Source: Candidatus Binataceae bacterium
GTDB lineage: Bacteria; Desulfobacterota; Binatia; Binatales; Binataceae
Length of the DNA: 64,000 nucleotides
Direction: 5' to 3'
Assembly: GCA_035541875.1 (NCBI GenBank)
Contig: DATKML010000025.1
Location: forward strand, 149-64,148
Position 1 is the stretch's first letter; every line of letters begins with the position of its first letter. Below the pieces are notes generated by a model. The model had not been told where the DNA came from. It was given only the letters and a program-made list of their open reading frames with translations, and ran no database searches. Shown piece by piece: positions 29,688 through 38,719 of this stretch. Made by a program: the position numbers and the translations under genes.

Positions 29688-30509
29688 ATGATTGTAGGAA
29701 TTGATATCGGCGGATCGACGACGGACGCGGTGATTCTCGACAACGGGAACATCCACGTGGTCACGATCGAGGCAAACGACCCGGTAGCTGCGGCCGCCGG
29801 CGCATTGGGCAAGCTGATCGAGACGTGTTCGATCCCGCTCGAAAAACTGAGTCGTGTGGCAGCAACTGGAGCGGGTTCGCGGGTTCTTGGCGATCGGCTC
29901 TTCGGGTTGCCGGTGACCAAGGTCAATGAGTTCGACGCGATTGGAATCGGTGGTACGTCACTGGCGGGCAAGGAGCGCGCGTTGGTCGTCTCCCTCGGCA
30001 CCGGAACCGCTATCGTTTCGGTCACGCCTGAAAAGATCTCGCATGTCAGTGGGACAGGTCTCGGCGGGGGGACTCTGCGCGGCCTCTCGCGTCACATGTT
30101 GGGGGTCTCCTCGCTCCAGACGCTCGAGGCGATGGCCCAACGCGGCGATCTCTCTCGCGTGGACCTGGCGGTTCGCGATATTACTGCCGGCGGCGCAATA
30201 GGCGATCTGCCTCCCGGCACCACCGCAGCCAACTTCGGCAAGTTCGCCGCCGATGCGACCGCCGAGGATAAGGCACTCGGCATCATGAACATGATCGTGG
30301 AGGTTGTGTCGGTGCTATCGATTGCTGCGGCTCGCGCCTCGGGTCAGCACGATATCGTGCTGACGGGCAAGCTTACGCATGTTTTCCGCTTCATGCAAAA
30401 AATGAAGCGACTGAACTTTGTTTTTGGCGGCGGTTTTATTATCCCGGAGCATGCTGACTATGCGACGGCAATCGGAGCTGCGCGTGCGGCGGCGAATAGC
30501 AGGGTTTGA
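29688..30509 (+). CDS. Type II (fumble-like) pantothenate kinase homolog
   Basis: GIDIGGS, VNEFDAIGIG, VSLGTGT, GTGLGGGT, DLAVRDI, TAANFGK. Confidence 0.75.
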   Translation: MIVGIDIGGSTTDAVILDNGNIHVVTIEANDPVAAAAGALGKLIETCSIPLEKLSRVAATGAGSRVLGDRLFGLPVTKVNEFDAIGIGGTSLAGKERALVVSLGTGTAIVSVTPEKISHVSGTGLGGGTLRGLSRHMLGVSSLQTLEAMAQRGDLSRVDLAVRDITAGGAIGDLPPGTTAANFGKFAADATAEDKALGIMNMIVEVVSVLSIAAARASGQHDIVLTGKLTHVFRFMQKMKRLNFVFGGGFIIPEHADYATAIGAARAAANSRV

Positions 30510-30554
30510 GACGCACTGATTTCTCGCGTTTAAGGAATTTGAGAAAGGAAAGCG

Positions 30555-31817
30555 ATGGGCTCTGAGCTGCTAAAGGGCTACCGGATGCTCGATCTGGCGG
30601 ATGAAAAGGGCGCCTTGTGCGGCAAGATGTTTGCGGACATGGGCGCCGACGTAATCAAGGTCGAACCGCTCGGCGGATGCTCCACCCGCACGATTCCTCC
30701 CTTTCTCGAGGACCGGCCGGGACCCGATCGCAGTCTTTACGCGATCGCCTACCATGCCGGTAAGCGCTCGATCACGCTTAATCTCGAAAAGCCCGAAGGC
30801 CAGCAGCTTTTCGTCGAACTGGCAAAGCAAGTCGACTTTATCGTCGAGTCGTATCCTTTAGGTTACCTCGACAATTTGGGCCTCGGTTACGAAGCGATTG
30901 ACCAGGCGAATCCGCGCATTATCTATACGTCGATTACACCCTTCGGCGATAAAGGCCCGGCCAAAGATTATAAATTCGCCGACATCACGACCTGGGCGGC
31001 CGGTGGAATGATGTTTCAGATGGGCGAGGAGGGTCGGCCTCCGCTCCAGATGGCACAGCCGCAGGCCGGACTCCATGCCGGTGGTGAAGCGGCGGTCGCC
31101 TCGATGATCGCCCACTACCCGCGCCAGATCGATGGCCTCGGCCAGCACGTTATCGTCGACATGCAGGCCTGTATCGTCTGGACCCTGATGAACGAGCAGG
31201 CGATGCCTTTTCTGCACGGTGACTACATGCGTCGCAGCGGTGTTTTCACCGGAGCGATAGGCGGGCGGCGCAAGACTATCTTCAAATGCAAGGACGGCGC
31301 GGTCTCAGGACTGGTCGCTGGTACCGGTCCCTATTTGGGCTCGACCAATGCGTTGATCGCCTGGATGAAGGAAGAAGGCGCGGCTCCGGATTGGCTTACT
31401 AAGGATGGAGGTATCAAAGCGCTCACGCCCGGGGCTTTCATGACCGCCACTGCGAAGGACCTTGAAGAGTTGGACCGCGCCGAGACTGCCGTCGGAGATT
31501 TCCTCGCCACCAAGACCAAGGCCGAAATCTGGCGCGAGGTCATGAAGCGCCGGATTCTGGCGGCACCGGTCGCAACAGCAGCGGATATCGCGGCTGATCC
31601 GCAGTTGGAGGCGCGCGAATATTTCGTCGATAAGGAATCGAAAGCTTTGGGGCAGACGATACGACTACCTGGAGCCTTTGCGAAACTGAGCAAGACGCCG
31701 ATTGGTCCTGCAGGTGCTGCACCCAAACTCGGCGAGCACAATCGCGAGGTCTATTGCGGCTTGCTTGGTCTCTCGGAACAGCGGCTGAACGATCTGCAGG
31801 CCGGCGGGATTATCTGA
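30555..31817 (+). CDS. Class III CoA-transferase (CaiB/BaiF), subunit or paralog 1
   Basis: DMGADVIKVEP, GKRSITLNL, SITPFG, APKLGEHN. Confidence 0.9.
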   Translation: MGSELLKGYRMLDLADEKGALCGKMFADMGADVIKVEPLGGCSTRTIPPFLEDRPGPDRSLYAIAYHAGKRSITLNLEKPEGQQLFVELAKQVDFIVESYPLGYLDNLGLGYEAIDQANPRIIYTSITPFGDKGPAKDYKFADITTWAAGGMMFQMGEEGRPPLQMAQPQAGLHAGGEAAVASMIAHYPRQIDGLGQHVIVDMQACIVWTLMNEQAMPFLHGDYMRRSGVFTGAIGGRRKTIFKCKDGAVSGLVAGTGPYLGSTNALIAWMKEEGAAPDWLTKDGGIKALTPGAFMTATAKDLEELDRAETAVGDFLATKTKAEIWREVMKRRILAAPVATAADIAADPQLEAREYFVDKESKALGQTIRLPGAFAKLSKTPIGPAGAAPKLGEHNREVYCGLLGLSEQRLNDLQAGGII

Positions 31818-31831
31818 CAGGGGAGTATCGG

Positions 31832-33049
31832 ATGAGGCGCTACGCGTTCGAGGGAATCCATGTCCTCGATTTTACCTGGGTCGGAGTCGGTCCGGTTACG
31901 GTCAAATATCTCGCGGATAACGGTGCTGACGTGATTCGAATCGAATCAACCGCGCGCCCTGACGTTCTGCGGATGGCGCCGCCTTGGAAAGATGCCAAGC
32001 CCGGCCTCAATTCGAGCCAGTTCTTCGCCAGTTACAACACCTCTAAGAAGGGCGTCACGCTCGACATGAGCAAACCCCGTGCTCGCGAGATCTTCTTCAA
32101 GATGCTGCCGTGGGCCGACGTCGTTACGGAAAGCTTTACGCCGAAGGCTCTGCGCAATTGGGGCCTCGATTATGAGCATCTGAGCGCGATCAAGCCCGAC
32201 CTGATCATGCTGTCGACCTGTATGCAGGGTCAGACGGGGCCGCATAGCCAATACGCCGGGTTCGGCAATCTAATGGCGGCGCTGTCGGGCTTCTATCACA
32301 TCGCAGGCTATTCCGAAGAGGAACTGTGCCCGCCGTATGGTGCATACACCGATTTCATCGCGCCGCGTTTCGGAGCTTCGGCGCTAATAGCCGCGCTCGA
32401 TTACAAGCGGCGCACCGGCAAGGGCCAGTATATCGACATGGCGCAATACGAGGCGGCGCTTCATTTCCTCGCTCCCGCGCTCGTGGACTATCACGCAACA
32501 GGCCGCGTACTCGGTCCCAATGGCAACGCCTCTGAGCGCTATGCGCCTCACGGTGCATATCAATGCGCTGACGACGATGGCCACGAACGATGGATCGCCC
32601 TCGCTGTCGAGAACGATCAGGAATGGCAAGCGCTGCTCAAAGTGCTTCGGATCGAAAATAGTGATGCGCGCCTTGCCGTGATGAGCGAGAGGCTCAAGAA
32701 TCGCGACGCCGTCGATGCGATCGTGAGTGCTCATACGCGGAGCCGCAACGCCGACGAACTGACCGTCGCTTTGCAGGCATCGGGTATCGCCGCGTATCCC
32801 GTGCAGAATTGCATGGATATCCATCGCGACGAGAATCTCGAAGCCTTCGATTTCTGGCATTGGCTCGATCATAAGGAGATGGGGCCGTCGCCTTACGAGG
32901 GCTTGCAGCATCGCCTGAGCCGTACGCCGGGAGAACTCCGATGGGCCGCTCCGGTGCTCGGTCAGCACAATGAAGAGATCCTCGGGGGGATGCTCGGTTT
33001 CAGCGGAGCAGAGATCGAGCAGCTCAAACAGGATAAAATCGTCTTCTAG
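31832..33049 (+). CDS. Class III CoA-transferase (CaiB/BaiF), subunit or paralog 2
   Basis: GADVIRIES, YTDF, TGKGQYIDMAQYE, APVLGQHN. Confidence 0.9.
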   Translation: MRRYAFEGIHVLDFTWVGVGPVTVKYLADNGADVIRIESTARPDVLRMAPPWKDAKPGLNSSQFFASYNTSKKGVTLDMSKPRAREIFFKMLPWADVVTESFTPKALRNWGLDYEHLSAIKPDLIMLSTCMQGQTGPHSQYAGFGNLMAALSGFYHIAGYSEEELCPPYGAYTDFIAPRFGASALIAALDYKRRTGKGQYIDMAQYEAALHFLAPALVDYHATGRVLGPNGNASERYAPHGAYQCADDDGHERWIALAVENDQEWQALLKVLRIENSDARLAVMSERLKNRDAVDAIVSAHTRSRNADELTVALQASGIAAYPVQNCMDIHRDENLEAFDFWHWLDHKEMGPSPYEGLQHRLSRTPGELRWAAPVLGQHNEEILGGMLGFSGAEIEQLKQDKIVF

Positions 33050-33071
33050 ATTGTTCGCCCGCTAGAATCAG

Positions 33072-34301
33072 TTGAACTACGAATTGCAAATTGCGCTCCG
33101 CTATCTGCGCGCGCGGAGGCGTGACGCCTTTATTTCGATCACCACGGTTTTTACCGCTATCGGAGTGATGCTAGGGGTTGCGGCCCTGATTATGGTGCTG
33201 GCCGTGATGCGCGGTTTCGAGGTCAGCCTGCGCCAGCGAATCCTGAGCCTCACGCCGCAAATTCAGATCCAGAATCCGCTCGGGTCGATTAGCGATTACA
33301 CCGCGATTATCGCCCGCGTCGATCAGGTCAAGGGTGTTGCGGGGGCAGCTCCCTTTATTCTTGGGCAAGGCATGGCCGCCTCTGCTCGCGGTCTGAGCGG
33401 GGTATTCGTTCGCGGGGTTGATCCCAAGAACGAGTTGGTCCTGAACCGCTTCAGCAAGTACGTTCGCGATGGCTCGCTCGCGGATCTCGATCGAATCGAT
33501 CCCGCGATCGATGGGACCGTCGCAATCGGCGAAACGCTTGCCGAGAAACTCAAAGCCAAGGTCGGTGATCCGGTGAATCTGGTCGTGCCGATCATGTCGG
33601 GCAAGGATGCTGCCGAGCTGACGACGCGCACCGGTCACTTTCGGATCGGGGCGATCTTCGAAACCGGCGTCGTGTTGGTCGATCGCGATCTGATGGTCAC
33701 CGGGTTGGGGCGCGCTCAGACCTTCTTTGGCCGTGAAGGGCGTGTGGACGGAATCGAGGTTCAACTTGCGAATCTGGACGACACTACACCTGTGACCCTC
33801 GCGATACGCGCGGCCTTGGGCAAAGGCTTCGGCGTCAGCAACTGGATGGAATACAACCAGGCCGCGGTTGCCGGCTTCGAACTGCTCAAGCGCGTTTACT
33901 CGATCGTGCTGCTGATGTTAATCGGCGTGGCAGCCTTCAACCTTGTCGCGACGCTAATCATGGTCGTGATGGAAAAGCGGAAAGATATCGCGGTGCTGAT
34001 GGCGATGGGGGCGACGTCGGCCGGAGTGCGGCGAATCTTCCTCTTGAAGGGGCTGATCGTGGGATCGGCTGGTACCGCGGCTGGTCTATCGATCGGTGCG
34101 GCAGGATGCTTCATCCTGTCCCGCTACCACTTCATCCATATCGAGAAGAAAATCTACGGGATCGCGACCCTACCGATCGATGCACAACCATTGAGCTTTG
34201 TGATCGTGGCTATCGCTTCAATCGCTTTATGCTGGATCGCCGCAGTCTATCCGGCCAGGCAAGCCGCTCGCGAACTGCCAGTGGCAATCTTCCGTTCTTA
34301 A
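33072..34301 (+). CDS. LolC/LolE family ABC transporter permease
   Basis: IALRYLR, GVAALIMVLAVMRGF, LIMVVMEKRKDIAVL, YPARQAA. Confidence 0.88.
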   Translation: MNYELQIALRYLRARRRDAFISITTVFTAIGVMLGVAALIMVLAVMRGFEVSLRQRILSLTPQIQIQNPLGSISDYTAIIARVDQVKGVAGAAPFILGQGMAASARGLSGVFVRGVDPKNELVLNRFSKYVRDGSLADLDRIDPAIDGTVAIGETLAEKLKAKVGDPVNLVVPIMSGKDAAELTTRTGHFRIGAIFETGVVLVDRDLMVTGLGRAQTFFGREGRVDGIEVQLANLDDTTPVTLAIRAALGKGFGVSNWMEYNQAAVAGFELLKRVYSIVLLMLIGVAAFNLVATLIMVVMEKRKDIAVLMAMGATSAGVRRIFLLKGLIVGSAGTAAGLSIGAAGCFILSRYHFIHIEKKIYGIATLPIDAQPLSFVIVAIASIALCWIAAVYPARQAARELPVAIFRS

Positions 34302-34345
34302 ACGGATTGGAGCCCGAGCTGTGAAGGTCGGGCTGTCACCACGGT

Positions 34346-34630
34346 TCAGCTATCAGAAGGTTCGGTCGTTGCCGGCGTTTTGGCTGCAATTTTCGGCTTA
34401 CGGATGACGAGCGTCTCGTGGCCGCGCACTTTAATCGTGCGAGCTGCGTCAGACTTGAAACTTACGCTCGGACCTTCTTTATGATGCTGCCGTCCCCGAC
34501 CACCCGTGCGCCGTTGACGCCAATTGCTAAGTTCTTTGCTTAGCTTGTTGGCGACGGAATCGTTTTCGCGATTGTTGCGTTCGGCTGAGCCGTTATCGTG
34601 CAGCTCGTTCTCGATGTCCTGCGGGCTCAT
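34346..34630 (-). CDS. Hypothetical small basic, probably disordered protein
   Basis: Fills the gap between two genes; AAGGAG and AAAGGA SD-like motifs upstream; no family recognised. Confidence 0.5.
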   Translation of the reverse strand: MSPQDIENELHDNGSAERNNRENDSVANKLSKELSNWRQRRTGGRGRQHHKEGPSVSFKSDAARTIKVRGHETLVIRKPKIAAKTPATTEPSDS

Positions 34631-34858
34631 AGTTCCTTTCAGCAATGTCTCCTTATGGAAAAGTTTCTCTCAGGCAAGTATCGAAAAAGTATTTGTTGTA
34701 TAGGGGAATCGGTCTTGTATGAGATTTTACGGACGGCCCTCACGGGCGCTGATTATGGCGTCGTGCAGCGCTCCCGTGGTATAAACGGGAGCTTTGGATG
34801 GGTTCCTTAAGGCTGGATAGTCCCTGTCGATCGAATTTGCGTGGTAAGCCGTTATATC

Positions 34859-35185
34859 TTAGCTGAACAAGCCTTGAAGCTTCAGCGCTAGACCCATATC
34901 ACCGCTGATGCGAAGCTTCCCGGTCATGAAAGCCATCTGGCCATTCAGCTTCCCGGCCACCATGTCCAAGTAATCTTTTGCGGACATCGAGATCGTGATG
35001 TTCGGAGAGGCGTGCTGCCCATCCTGCACCTGACACTGTTCATTATCGATCAGGACCGCCCACTTGCCACCACCATCGCCCGAAAGGTCGAACTGATACA
35101 CCGCATTGAGCCCTTTCGCTGCGTCTTTGTTCAGACGCCCAGGCATCTGGTCGAATACCTCTTTGCAGGTGGTGGGATCAGCCAT
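34859..35185 (-). CDS. SCP2 sterol/lipid-binding domain protein
   Basis: YQFDLSG, AFMTGKLRISGDMGLALKL. Confidence 0.9.
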   Translation of the reverse strand: MADPTTCKEVFDQMPGRLNKDAAKGLNAVYQFDLSGDGGGKWAVLIDNEQCQVQDGQHASPNITISMSAKDYLDMVAGKLNGQMAFMTGKLRISGDMGLALKLQGLFS

Positions 35186-35287
35186 GTGTGGATTGTGTCC
35201 TTATGAACGGAGCCGATGGGTTACTTCTCTTACGCCCATATAATCGAGGCATAGACCGAAAGTCAATAGCTTAGTCTCGCTACCGAA

Positions 35288-36838
35288 TCAGAAGCCAAAA
35301 ACCTTACCAACTTCGATCCGAATCAGGTTCTCACGCACCGTTACGGGGGCGGCGGCCTGGGCCACTGTTACGGCCCTGTCCTTATCGAGCTGGGTCTTAA
35401 CCGTACCGCTCAGATAGACACTCTTTCCGATGACTTTCGCCGTCACGCCGGGCAGGCCAGCAGCCTGTAACTGCTGATTGATACGTATCGCAGTATTGGC
35501 CCAGTCCAGGGTGTCGGTCGTCAGATTGTTGGTTACCGACGTCACGCCGCTGACGCCTCGGGCCGTCCGTTCCGCGAGCATTTTGTCGTTGTCATCGAAG
35601 ACTTTGCCGCTCAGGGTGACGTTGCCGCCTATCGCATAGGCCTGGACTCGGCGCAGCTTGCGATTTGCCCGCAGCTCGTCGTTGAGACGTTCAGTGATCG
35701 ATGGTGGAGGTGGCGCCGAAGCGATACCACCGCCCGGTGATGTGCGATGCCGGCGCGGCTTCGGCGGCGCGGCCACGACGGGAGGAGCAACAGGGGGCGC
35801 CGGTGCCAGTTCGGGCGGAGGCGCAGGAGCTGGAGCCGGTGGCGGTGCCGCGGCTATCGGGGTCGGAGCCGCAGCGGGACTCGCCGGCGCCATCGCGTAC
35901 TCAGGGGCTTCGCCCGGGGCGAGACTCGCCAACTTCTTGCTGAGATCCGCCTCGATAGATGCGGTGTCGCTGGTCGTGGCGAGAATCACTGGATAATCAA
36001 CATCGATCGCAGACCCTGCGCTCGAATCAAATTTCCAGCCCGTCACGGCCTTCGCCACTTCGGCGTCGAGGCTGGGATTAGGAGCCGTCGACACCCGCAC
36101 CGATGCATCGCTGACGGTACCATCAGGCATCACATGCAGGCGGATCATCATCCCATCGCTTAGGCCGGGACTAGTCTCCAGCGTATGACCATACGCGGCG
36201 GCGAGAGAAACCTTGTTGTTCTCAAACACCTTGGTCAGCGTCGCAGCGTCGCGCTGGGTGGCTCCGGTCAGGTCTCCATTCACCTGCACACCTATCGTCT
36301 TGGATAGAGTCACAACGGGCGACGGCGAGGCAGCGGGGCTCGGCGAGGCTTCCGCCACGGGAGCCGCCTGATGGCGTCCACTAAGATAAATCGCGAGCCA
36401 AGCGCCACCAGCCAAAGCCAGTATCGCCGCGAGTACGAAGCCGAGGACCCCGAAACCGCGATCCCCAGGCTCTGCGCTCTCGATAGAGTCCTGCTCCGCA
36501 TGATGTTCCGTGACGCGTGGCCGGTCACTCGCGGGGACATAGGTCTCCGGACTTACGCGGGTGCGCGCAGCGGAAGCCTGGGAGGGCGCGGGTGCTGTTT
36601 TCTCTTCCGGCTGGTCGGGAGCGAGCCGAGTCCCGCAGAAGTTGCAGATCACTTCACCGGGCTGGGCCTTGCCGCCGCACACCGGGCATTCGACGGGAGC
36701 ACCCTCACCAGACGGATTATCGGCCATCACCCTGGTCCCGCGATTCGAAGACGAAGCACTCGCGAGTGCAACGCCATCGTCCTCGCAGAAGGTTTCACTA
36801 TCAGGGTAGGCCTTACCGCATCGCGGGCACTTCTTCAT
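35288..36838 (-). CDS. Membrane protein: zinc ribbons, TM helix, TonB-C/AgmX-like domain, Pro-rich linker, two BON domains
   Basis: CPRC..CEDD, CPVC..CNFC; one TM; VMPDGTV...WKF; VTLSGKV...GVTSVTNNL. Confidence 0.75.
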   Translation of the reverse strand: MKKCPRCGKAYPDSETFCEDDGVALASASSSNRGTRVMADNPSGEGAPVECPVCGGKAQPGEVICNFCGTRLAPDQPEEKTAPAPSQASAARTRVSPETYVPASDRPRVTEHHAEQDSIESAEPGDRGFGVLGFVLAAILALAGGAWLAIYLSGRHQAAPVAEASPSPAASPSPVVTLSKTIGVQVNGDLTGATQRDAATLTKVFENNKVSLAAAYGHTLETSPGLSDGMMIRLHVMPDGTVSDASVRVSTAPNPSLDAEVAKAVTGWKFDSSAGSAIDVDYPVILATTSDTASIEADLSKKLASLAPGEAPEYAMAPASPAAAPTPIAAAPPPAPAPAPPPELAPAPPVAPPVVAAPPKPRRHRTSPGGGIASAPPPPSITERLNDELRANRKLRRVQAYAIGGNVTLSGKVFDDNDKMLAERTARGVSGVTSVTNNLTTDTLDWANTAIRINQQLQAAGLPGVTAKVIGKSVYLSGTVKTQLDKDRAVTVAQAAAPVTVRENLIRIEVGKVFGF

Positions 36839-36941
36839 CGCTCGCTACTCTCCGCTCTCATCAAGGCTGACTACATCAATGATATGGCGGCGAGTCGCTG
36901 CGACCAAGCCCATCGGCTATCGCAGTCTAGTCGACAGTTCG

Positions 36942-37157
36942 TCAGACCGGCGCGCCTTCGAGGCGAAAACCAATCCGCACTTCGACCTGAAAACTCAGTT
37001 CCTTACCGTTTACTCCGCCGCGGATATTCTTGACTTCGAACCAATCGATATTGCGCAGCGTCTGGCTCGCCTTGGCGATTGCATTGCGCACCGCCTGATG
37101 GATGCTCTCCTCCGAAACGCCGACTACATCAACTATCTTGTAGGTCTTGTCCGGCAT
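36942..37157 (-). CDS. Dodecin (flavin-binding)
   Basis: TYKIVDVVGVS, AIAKASQTLRNIDWFEV, FQVEVRIGFRL. Confidence 0.92.
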   Translation of the reverse strand: MPDKTYKIVDVVGVSEESIHQAVRNAIAKASQTLRNIDWFEVKNIRGGVNGKELSFQVEVRIGFRLEGAPV

Positions 37158-37248
37158 GGCTCTGCCTCCGTTCGGCCCAGAGATATGGTCCACGATCCAT
37201 ATCGCGCCACGCCCCACGGGAATGCAAGCGTCGTTATTGATCGGTCGG

Positions 37249-38682
37249 TTAACGGCTGAAGCGAGGTGTTACGGCGAGTGCAAAGGGGTCGATTATAGCG
37301 GCCAAGTCTAAAAGGAATGCGTCGTCGGCGATACGCCCGATCACTCTTTCGCGGCGAAACGCCTCGGCAATCGCCATTGGATTGATCGCACGATGCGTAA
37401 TCCGCAGGGCGCGAGATTCGAGATGTTTACCGGGTTGCGAGCCCGATCCGATCTCCGCCTCTGATGCTACTATCTGAATATTAAATGCTACTCCGAGACG
37501 TTCTGCGAGAAGATCGCGCGCACGTTCCGCAATTTGTTCGAGTTCACCGGGTTTGCGCGAGAGCAGGCGCAGCGTCGGGAGCTCTTCGCTTAGCTCGCGG
37601 CTTTGGCGATAAAGCCTGAGCGTCGATAAAAGCGCTGCGAGCCGCAGCTTGTCGCATCGGATAGCCCGCCACAACGGATTTGCTTTGAGCCGCTGAATCA
37701 GGGCCCCTCGCCCGACTACGATTCCCACCTGCGGCCCGCCAAGCAACTTGTCCCCGGAAAAGGTCACGAGCGAGGCTCCCGCCGCGACACGCTCTGCCAC
37801 GATCGGCTCGCGCGGAAGTCCATACTGCTGCAGATCGATCAGCGCGCCAGCGCCCAAGTCCTCGACGACATCGAGGGCGTGCTCGCGCCCCATTTTTACC
37901 AGTTCCGCCAGATCCACTTCGGAGGTGAAACCGACGATTTGATAATTCGACGGATGCACTTTCATCAGGAGTGCGGTGTCCGGGTTAATCGCGCCAACGT
38001 AATCCCGTGGATGGGTCCGGTTGGTGGTACCGACCTCACGCAATCGCACTTGTGCCTGTGTCATCATGTCGGGAATGCGGAAGGCTCCGCCAATCTCGAC
38101 CAGTTCGCCGCGGGAGACGATTACTTCCCTACCTGCCGCAAGAGTATTCAGCACGAGCAGAACCGCTGCCGCGTTGTTATTGACCACCGTTGCGGCTTCT
38201 GCGCCGGTTAAGGCACAGAGGTCGCTTTCGACCAGCTCGTCGCGATCGCCTCGGCCACCGGTGGCGATCGAGTATTCGAGATTCACTGGCGATCGCGCCG
38301 CCTGCACCATCGCTTCGACCGCGCTCTCGGCCAGCAGCGCTCGCCCTAGATTGGTGTGCAACACGACGCCCGTCGCGTTCACCAGCGGAACAAGGGCCGG
38401 GGCGTCATTCGCGATCGCTTGATGGGCGCGCTCCAGCACGATTCGCACCAAGTGCTCGCGAGTTTCACCGGAGCTGTGGGTTCCATCTGCGATAGCGCTC
38501 CGGAGATCGGTCAGCGCACGTTGAATCAGGGTCTTGAGATAGGAGTGGCTAAAGCGGACGAGGGACAAGTCGCTTTCGGCGGCACTCAGGCATTCTTCAA
38601 CGGACGGGAGGTTGCGGAACGCTCGTGCACGCTCATCATCGCGACCGAGAGAAGAAGTCTTCTTATCCGCATTCGACGCCAT
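37249..38682 (-). CDS. selA: L-seryl-tRNA(Sec) selenium transferase
   Basis: NATGVVLHTNLGRA, VNNNAAAV, EVGTTNRTH, KVHPSNY, FSGDKLLGGPQ. Confidence 0.96.
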   Translation of the reverse strand: MASNADKKTSSLGRDDERARAFRNLPSVEECLSAAESDLSLVRFSHSYLKTLIQRALTDLRSAIADGTHSSGETREHLVRIVLERAHQAIANDAPALVPLVNATGVVLHTNLGRALLAESAVEAMVQAARSPVNLEYSIATGGRGDRDELVESDLCALTGAEAATVVNNNAAAVLLVLNTLAAGREVIVSRGELVEIGGAFRIPDMMTQAQVRLREVGTTNRTHPRDYVGAINPDTALLMKVHPSNYQIVGFTSEVDLAELVKMGREHALDVVEDLGAGALIDLQQYGLPREPIVAERVAAGASLVTFSGDKLLGGPQVGIVVGRGALIQRLKANPLWRAIRCDKLRLAALLSTLRLYRQSRELSEELPTLRLLSRKPGELEQIAERARDLLAERLGVAFNIQIVASEAEIGSGSQPGKHLESRALRITHRAINPMAIAEAFRRERVIGRIADDAFLLDLAAIIDPFALAVTPRFSR

Positions 38683-38719
38683 CGCCCGATTATAGATCGA
38701 TTGTCTCGGTTGCGTCCCG

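Noticed and set aside
36371-37033. 220-aa + strand ORF
   Set aside because: Antisense to the zinc-ribbon/BON gene and dodecin; no family signal
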